Origin: Eledone cirrhosa
Taxonomy: Eukaryota
Length of the DNA stretch: 64,000 nucleotides
Assembly (NCBI GenBank): GCA_964016885.1
Contig: OZ024742.1
Location: 107,446,001 to 107,510,000, forward strand
Direction: 5' to 3'
Part shown: positions 55,939 through 64,000 of the stretch, in pieces
How positions within the stretch are numbered: position 1 is the stretch's first letter
Layout of the letters: every line of letters begins with the position of its first letter
The notes under the pieces: generated by a model
The model's database searches: none
Seen by the model: the letters and a program-made list of their open reading frames with translations, nothing else
What the model was told of the DNA's origin: nothing
Made by a program: the position numbers and the translations under genes

Positions 55939-57884
55939 CTTAACTCTTAACTTACTGCAATGATTCTGCTGAAAATGTCTAAAAATGGGTTTGTTAATCC
56001 AAATGTTATAGTAACTGTAATAGTGGATATGATGCAGTTAACTCTTAACATCCTGTAGAGATTTGGTAGATAATATCTAAAAAAAATAATTAAGAAAATG
56101 TTTATAGTGTCTTTATTAGTGACTAGGTTATTGTGAAAACTTTCAATATTAGAGTAAATATTTCAATATTTAATGTGATAGTTTTCGAGAATGTTATGCT
56201 AATGTGGTTTCATGCGGAACAGGACATTTATTCCAAAATGTTAGTCATTATTCCAGGACAATCTATGAAACTGTAACCCAACAACACAAAAAAGGTAGAT
56301 AATTGATTTTTATAGAATAAGCAGAGCTTACCTTGCTTCTTAGGATACACCCCACTTGTATCTATATTCTTGGATGTGATTTAGAAGTGTTTGTGTGTGT
56401 AGATTACTGACTGAACCAGTCATATTTTATCAGCTGTTTAGGTAATGAAATAGACCATGGCCGACAAATTACATACCCCATCCACCACCATGGCAAGACC
56501 AGTTCTACTTTACAGCTTATTTGATGTTAAGATATTCAATTGTTTTGAAGTAGCAGTTTCACTCTATTATAACATTTCTAAACATGTTTGTTAACCTTTT
56601 TACCATATTTTTAATGTAAGATGCTGTCTATAATTTCCAAATCATTTAAAAGGATTTAGTAAATTAACAAACTTTCTCATTATGAAGCTTGTTTGAACCG
56701 TAAGTTAAAAGTTCTTAGATAAAATTATCATGGAAGATTTTTAAATAAACACTATAAAATAGACAGTTTCATATCACAGAACCCAGGGTGGTTTAAGGTA
56801 GTTTGTTATATAAAAAAAAAGGTTAAACACTTTAGTTGAGGAATAATATAACAGGAGAACCTGTGCACAAATATTGTGAGATCGTTATAGCCTGTTTGGA
56901 AGCAAAATAACAAACCAACTAGCGCTGAGACTAGTTATAGGGTCTTCTATATGGTTACTTAACATGCTAGAAATAGCAGTCAGCCTACTTCAAATAGCAC
57001 TAAAAGATAGTAAGGACAAATTGAGTAATGTAGTCTTGGGTATACTTTGTCTGTCTAGGTGATAGTTGGTTACAACTGGAATGCTCTGATTATAGGTCTA
57101 TATGATCAGAGTTGATCTGGAATCAAACAACTACGAACTAGTTCTCTATCAGTATAGTTTATTGTCATTGTCTCATCTACCATGTTTTCAGTTAATTAGG
57201 AGCACAGCACATAAACTATGAAGGTATAGAATAGACTGTTGCAAGCTGTTATGGTTTTTAATTTATTTATTTTTTATTTTTTTACAAATATACTGTACTG
57301 CATTCATTGACAAAATTCATTATTACCATATTTCTAATGAAATTTACTACTTATGTGTTTCAAATAATTTTGAAAATAATTTGCTTAGAACTTTTAAGGA
57401 AAGTATCACAGGACAGATTTTATGGGCAATGCCAACTGGTAGGAGACCCAGTGAAGACCATGCACAAGATGGTTGGATAACATCAACAAGCACAGTTGTT
57501 CTTGCTTGGGGATCCAGATGGATTATCTGGAAATGGTTGCTTCTGATAGGACCCTCTGAAAGGAATGTCTGAGGACTGCTCACATGACCCTCTCAGAAAT
57601 AAGTGGATGAAAAAAAATGAATAATATAACTTTCTTAATAATCATTATTAAGCTAGTGTTTGGAACATGATAAAACAAAGGTTCTTACATAAAATTATAA
57701 TAGGTTTTTAGATATAACCACTTTAAATCAAATGGTATTATATCATAAACTCAAGGTTGAATTCTGGCAGTTTATTATCAAAAGGGCTACCATTTGTAAA
57801 ACATTTTATGTTAAGAAGGAAGAAAAATGAAAACTTGTATGATTCTGTTGGTATTACATTCTCTCTGGCTTTCATTAGTAAGGT

Positions 57885-58270
57885 GAGGAGTGGTGGATCG
57901 GCAGTATCAGTAGAGCGTCAGACACTGTTTTGCAGCATAGTTATGGCCTTTTAGGTTCTGAGTTCAAATCCCGCCAAAGTTAGCTTTGCCTTTCATCCTC
58001 ATGGGGTCAATAAAATAAAGCACCAGTAATGCACTGGGAGTCGATTTAATCGACTTTCTCCTCCCATCAAATTGTTGGCCTTATTAGAGCGTTTGACAAA
58101 ATGCCTTATGACTCTTTCCAGTTTCAGTTCAAATCTTAGTGAGGTTGACTTTGCCTTTCATCCTTCTAGTGTCAGTAAATACCCTTCAAGTACTGTGGGA
58201 GATCAATATAATCAGGTGTTGCCCCCCCCTCTCCCCCTCCCACACACACCTTGTACCTATGGTAAGAAAT
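57885..58270 (+). mobile_element. Tandem SINE type 2 copies; further degraded copies near 37660, 47490, 52555 and (minus strand) 60600-60865
   Basis: Recurrent GAGTTCAAATC..TTTGCCTTTCATCC motif. Confidence 0.7.
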
Positions 58271-61200
58271 AATTAAGCTGTAAAAATAAAAAAAAAATGC
58301 TAAAAGAAACCATTGTCAAGATGGAATAATGTATTTATTTATTTTGATTGTATAAACCTTAACTTCTCTACTGAGCTAGCATTTAAATGTCTTTAGAAAC
58401 TTCACTACTTAAACTATATGCTGTCAATGAGGCCTCTGCTGATAAATGTACTTAGACAAATTGAAGCAAATATTTATTTAAATATAATAATTATAATTAT
58501 GAACATCAAATGTTACTGGGATGTTAGGAAAAAAAAAAGAAACATCTTTGTTTTCTTAGTTTTTTTTATACAGAATGTAATGTTTAAAATGGCCATCACC
58601 TTTTTCAGTTAACGTGCGCACATACAGAAATATATGCTTATATATACATATAGTTTCTATATAAAAAAACAAAACAAACTACTTTGTACATATTTGTGGT
58701 GGAAGTATGTGACCTATTGAAAATGTGTGTGAAACCTTTGAGGTTTCATATAGCTGACCTCCCAGGAAGGTAACTAATTATATCCAAGTAGCTATTTATC
58801 AAGCAGCTACCGAAAGTAGTAGACATTTACCAGTATGAAATATTTAGCTAGGGGCTTCAATTCTCTAATTACCAGACATTTTGTCCTCTCCCCATCACAC
58901 GTACACACACACAAGTTTAGTCATATTTCTGACTAAACAATTATCCGGTTTTATATTTTGTTAATCATTATTATGTACACCTGTATATATTGGCGCAGTA
59001 ATTCTTAGCTTTTTACTACCAAGGATTTCATCATTTTATGCTTGCTTCCCACACTGGCATGGGTTAAATGGGTTGTCATGGTCCCAGACCAAACATCTTG
59101 TTACATTCCTCATTTGGCATGTTTCTATGCCTTGATGCCCTTTCTACCATCAACTCAATGGGTGAACTTTTTTGTGACATTAGTGCTACCACTTTACAGA
59201 GTGAGCTGGGTGCATTTTATTATGTCATTATCACCAGAGAAGCTAGGCTGAAGAGTCCCCTAAAACCCTACATTGTCTCATTTCATTTAAATGAATTTTC
59301 CCACTGATCCCAAGCTTTTTGAGAGCTTTGTTTGTCTACTCAACAAACTCAAGAGAAAAGAAATGATTATGCTGGGTAATCTTAGTCTCGACTATATTTA
59401 TGGCCATTTTCTAGGGAAGATGTTAAAATGCCTGAAACTTTGTTTTAAATACACAATATTTTTGAGATGTAAAGAGAAAACGAAGAAAGAGTTAAATTCT
59501 TAAACAGTTTGTCAGACGAAAGAAGTGATTGTTAATGAAATGTAATATTTTAAATTTCACTGTGGACAACATTGAGTGTTCCTCAAAAAGATCCGGGAGA
59601 ATAAAAATAAAACTACCCTATTCAATTTAATATGCACACATACAAGTAAGCCAGTATAGTGTCCATTGACTTGCTAGAGTAACAGCTGAATAATCTTCAA
59701 ATAGCACCCTGCTGTCTTAAAGAAAAGGACATATTAGATAATATAGTCCTGATGATCACAACTGGAACACCTTAGGTCATATGTCATCTCAATTAACACT
59801 GACCAGAGAACGAACACACACACGCACACACACCTAATGTTTTGTTTGGACTGTAAATATAAATGATGTAAGCCTCCACCACCCTGTTTAGTGTCTTGTT
59901 ACATTAGACCAATGAAGAGATGGTGGGGAAGTACATATTTATACTCAATTGAAACTGCATGTGCTCACCTGTGCAAGAGCTTGTTATTTTGATTCATATA
60001 AATAGATACTTAATCAGCTTTCAGAGAATTTAAACACGTGCTGAGGCAAGCTGTAAGATAGTGAGATTTTATATATCTGCTGGTGCTAGTGTGTATGTGT
60101 ATGAGTGTGGCACTAGTTAACCTTTGCTTCATGCCAGCACTTGTTTTTCCTGTATGGAGATTGCCAAAGTCAAGGTTGCAAAGGAATTATGTCTACTGTA
60201 ACATATGCTGCAGTATAGAGGGTATGGCTGTTATGACAACCTAATCAGTCAAAAAAACCCCTCCCTACACACTCACAAGCAATGTAAGGTTAGGTATATC
60301 TGTGGATATGTGTGTTAATGTATATATCATCATTGTTGCTTTTACATTTACTTTTTCATGCTGGCATGGGCTGAACGGGATGCTTTGAGACTGTTTTACA
60401 GCTAGATGTGCTTGACAGCAACTATTTTAGTCACCTCTTACGACATGCAGGGATACGGTGTATCTATTCTAAATACTGGGATACACATAGTATATATATG
60501 TGTGTATATATAAGTAGTTCTTCACCAGAGAACCACCATCAATCAAATGATGCCAGTAATGTATGTATATAGGAACCTGTAACTCCTGGTGGAGTTGTAG
60601 GAGTGCCATAGTGATATACACTGTTTCTTGGACATTTTGAATTTGGCAGAGCCCATTCCTCTCCAGGTCTGAACATAGCCAATTTTTCCCAGAGAAAGAA
60701 AGAGTGAAATAGAGAGATAGATAGAATTAACCTCAGTACTGGGCTTGAAAGGATGAAAGGCAAAGTCGACAGTGATAAGATTTGAACTCTGAACGCAGAG
60801 AACTGGAATGAATACCGAAAAGCATTCTATCTGACATTCTAATGACTTTGTCAATTTGTTGCCCTGATACCAGTAATGGTTGTCTGCAAATGTCAGGAAT
60901 GGTTTGGCATTGATCTAATTATTAACTGCTTTCACCTCTATCTTGCTTATTAAAATAAATGTTTATTTTTGACCAAGTAATTGATTGATTTTCAAGGTTG
61001 TCACTAAAATGCATACCAGTATATTTTATGTCCACTTTCCATGTTGTTATGAGTTGGACAGGTCATCAAGTCCGAGACTTGCTCATACGATCCATATTTT
61101 GGCATGGTTTCAATGGCTGGATGCCTTTGCTTAACACCAACCGGTGCATTTTATTGTAGCACCAGTACTAGCACTTTACAGAATGTACTGGGTGCATTTT

Positions 61201-62539
61201 ATGTCACCAGCACTAGAGATATTGTCATGTATTTGGTAAGTCTGAATAGTCCTCTCTAGCCTGTATAATTTCCATTACTTGGTATATACTTTAGATTCAA
61301 GTATGAAGAACCAAGATGGCTCTGAATATACCATGCCAGAATTCATCAGTATAATTGTCATCATTTTTGCATTGACTTTTCACTGCTGGTATGGATTGAA
61401 TGGGACTTTTTGAGGGAATGTTTTACAGCTGGATATCCCACCTGACACCAACCCTTTTAGTCCCTTCTTATGACACACACGGATATTGTGTGCCTATTCT
61501 AAACTGGATACACATTACATTAATTAGACTAAATCATTTAGTTTGATGCTCTGTCTTGGTCAATAAAAAAACATACTAATGAAGAGCTGCAATTAACAAC
61601 TATTTTCTTTTACTGAATACTCTGTTTACACTTCTGCCGCTCATGTTCCTGGCTAATTAATTATTATTATTATTATTAATTCTTTTTTTCTTCAGCAATC
61701 TTATTTTTAGAATGTGCTATCATTGTATTGAGAATACTTTACATAATATATACACAGTGCCTAGTGTTGTTATGTTCCCTCAGCTGTCACTCTTATGCTG
61801 AATAAAGAAATATTATTTTTGTAATTTCTCCTTCATCTGTCACCCTTGTGGCAAATAAATAGTTATTCTTGTAATGTACCCTTTCACCTTTGTGGTAAAT
61901 AAAAAGTTATGTTAGTATGATGTTTCTCTTGATGTGCTGTACCACATGTCTTTGAATGTTAGAGGGGATGGACTGAGTTTTAGTTTACAGTAGGGAGATA
62001 GACTGATCAGGCTGAGCTGTTGTGGCTTACGGTAGAGAGAGAGGGAGATTGGGCTGAGTTGTGTTTTACAGGAGAGTGATGTAGGGAAGGCACTTCATCT
62101 AGGAGGGCATTTACTCTGAAAAAATAAGACTGCACAGAGTAAATAAGGGCTCTATAAGCAACGACGGAGGCAGCCCGACTATGAGGGCAGTTACTCCAAA
62201 TAAGCATGACTGCACTGGGCAGATGTAAGACATAGTGAAGGAATCTGTCACTCTGAATAAAAACTGATATAGGGTAAAGTGAACCCTTAGGTCCTGTCAG
62301 ACAACTCTAAGGGTGGTCGCATGAAAAAAAATGCACCCAGTTCATGCTCTAAAGTGGTTTGTGACTGGGAGGTTATCTAGCTAGAAAGGTTTTCCAAAAA
62401 CCTTGACTGGCATAGCATATAACATTAAAAATAATTGTGTATACAGGGCTAACACCAATCATGTTAGTAGGGAAGTGATTCACCTAGCTATGTGCTAGAA
62501 CCCTTCGAATGTCCCCAAACAATTGGATAAGCACTGTTC

Positions 62540-63560
62540 CTTTCAGTGTGGAGAAGGCCTTTGACAGAGTGCCACAATCTGTTAGCTGGTGGTCCTTAAA
62601 AACTGGGTGTAGAAAAGTGACTTGTGAGAGCAGTGCAAGTTATATATAGAAATGCGATCAGCAAATTGAGATTTAATGAATTTAGTGAGGAATTCAAACT
62701 GCAGGTAGGGGTTCACCAAAGCCTAGTTTTCAACCCCCTCCGTTTATTTTAGTCCTCCAGGCCATAACTGGAGGATATCCAATGGAACTGCTATATGCTT
62801 ATGACTTGGTTCTTATTGCTGATTCTGGAAGAGCTAGAGAAGTTCCTACTATCAAAAGTACTCAGAATAAACCTAGTAAAGACCAAAGTTTTAGTAAGGT
62901 GGAAAGAAGACAAGACTCGGGTCTTATTAAGGAAGTGACCATGCTCAATATGTAAAGGAGTCGATGGGAACTTAAAAATGTTTACAATGTAAAACATATG
63001 TACACAAAAGGTGTAGTGTTTTAACAAGCAAATTAACAGAAAAGGTAGATAGATGCACAGGGATGGTCAATAGTAAGAGCGCCTAGTGTAATAAACTGTC
63101 TGCAATCCTGGGAAAACTTGTAGTTGATAGCTTCTGTTATGTAGGTGACCAAATTAACTGTGGAGGAGATTGCTCAGAGAGCATAGTGGCTAGAATAAGG
63201 GCAGGCTGGAAAAAGTTCAGAGAACTGTTGACAACAGGTTTTTTCTATGAATGAAAAGCCGGCTTCCTGATGCCTGTGTGTGAAGTGTAATGTAGCATGA
63301 AAATGAGATATGGGCAATAAATACAAAGGATATGCAGAGGTTGGAGAGAAATGAAACAAGGATGGACTGAGAGAAAACTTGGGTATAAGAGGAATTGAAT
63401 GTAGTGTGCAAGAGAGAAGACTGCTGATATGGACTTGTGATGTGTATGGATGATGATTGTTGAGTGGAAGGAAACTGCAGTAGAGGAAGGCCAAGGAAGA
63501 CCTGGGCAGAGCTGGTGAAAGTAGATCACAAAGTACTGAACCTGTCAGAAATGGCAAAGG
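62540..63560 (+). mobile_element. Old, heavily mutated RTE fragment
   Basis: EKAFDRVP, GVHQ, ELLYA.DL, RAGWKKFREL and RGRPRKTW remnants with many stops. Confidence 0.75.
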
Positions 63561-63653
63561 AACACAGTAAAAGCAGACATAAAAGGATGGTGATTATGAG
63601 ACACTAATGAGAATTCTGATTTGGTAAACCAAATCTGAAGCTCGATTAAAACC

Positions 63654-63719
63654 TTCGTGCCTTTTCAAAGAGTATTAAAACCATTTCATTTATGTTAATA
63701 CTCTTTGAAAAGGCACGAA
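63654..63719. other. Perfect 25-bp inverted repeat (66-nt hairpin) in a nudE intron
   Basis: TTCGTGCCTTTTCAAAGAGTATTAA / TTAATACTCTTTGAAAAGGCACGAA, 16-nt loop. Confidence 0.9.
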
Positions 63720-63795
63720 CACCACAAATTTCCATTTCTCCCATGAAATTGTGAATTCATTCTTGTGTAAGAAATAATTTTTTTTTTTACAACAG

Positions 63796-63896
63796 GCACT
63801 CGAAACAAAGCTGGCTTCTTGTAGGAATTTCAATACAGGCAATGAGCAACCTTGTAGTGGTTTGGTAGCTAGTGGCAGCCCTATTAACTCACCACG
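63796..63896 (+). CDS. nudE: nudE exon (last seen); donor cg|gttagt, or read-through to a nearby TAA
   Basis: Polypyrimidine tract and acaacag| acceptor. ALETKLASCRNFNTGNEQPCSGLVASGSPINSP(R) matches recalled ALESKLAACRNF. The 3' boundary is less certain. Confidence 0.88.
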
Positions 63897-64000
63897 GTTA
63901 GTATTCTACTCTAGTTTTTTAATGGATATCTAATTATTTCCTCTGGTCTGTTTCTAACCAATTTATGTTGATACACAGAGACCTTTAACAGTTGGGGTGT

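Noticed and set aside
62007-62220. Possible CR1/L2-like C-terminal fragment on the minus strand
   Set aside because: Only a weak motif (SYFFR); too degraded to call.

Overview
AT-rich, repeat-dense animal genomic DNA. The repeat vocabulary ((TA)n/(TATG)n tracts, RTE LINEs with (GAT)n tails, tRNA-headed SINEs, Penelope-like elements) suggests a coleoid cephalopod such as Octopus; this is an inference. One host gene is supported: a + strand NudE/NDE1/NDEL1-family dynein regulator. Seven GT-AG exons (32909-63896) splice in phase into one continuous reading frame; the first coding exon was not found and the 3' end may continue past the window. Positions 1-21 kb are TA-microsatellite tracts (with a 200-N gap) interleaved with two RTE LINE families, a SINE and two different Penelope-like elements. 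Positions 22.5-28.7 kb are two abutting minisatellites (31-bp and 20-bp units). The introns carry RTE, R4-like, piggyBac, mariner, hAT and Helitron relics, MITEs and SINEs. All very long Y/I/M/C/V ORFs in the ORF track are microsatellite artefacts. Best leads: a PHD-type finger inside the RTE polyprotein, a candidate H-type pseudoknot and a covarying stem-loop shared by LINE and SINE 3' tails, a head-to-head SINE/LINE tail chimera fused at a palindrome, a Naiad-like Penelope element with an inverted terminal segment, and a perfect 25-bp intronic hairpin just upstream of a nudE exon. All coordinates and translations were read by eye; no database searches were run.
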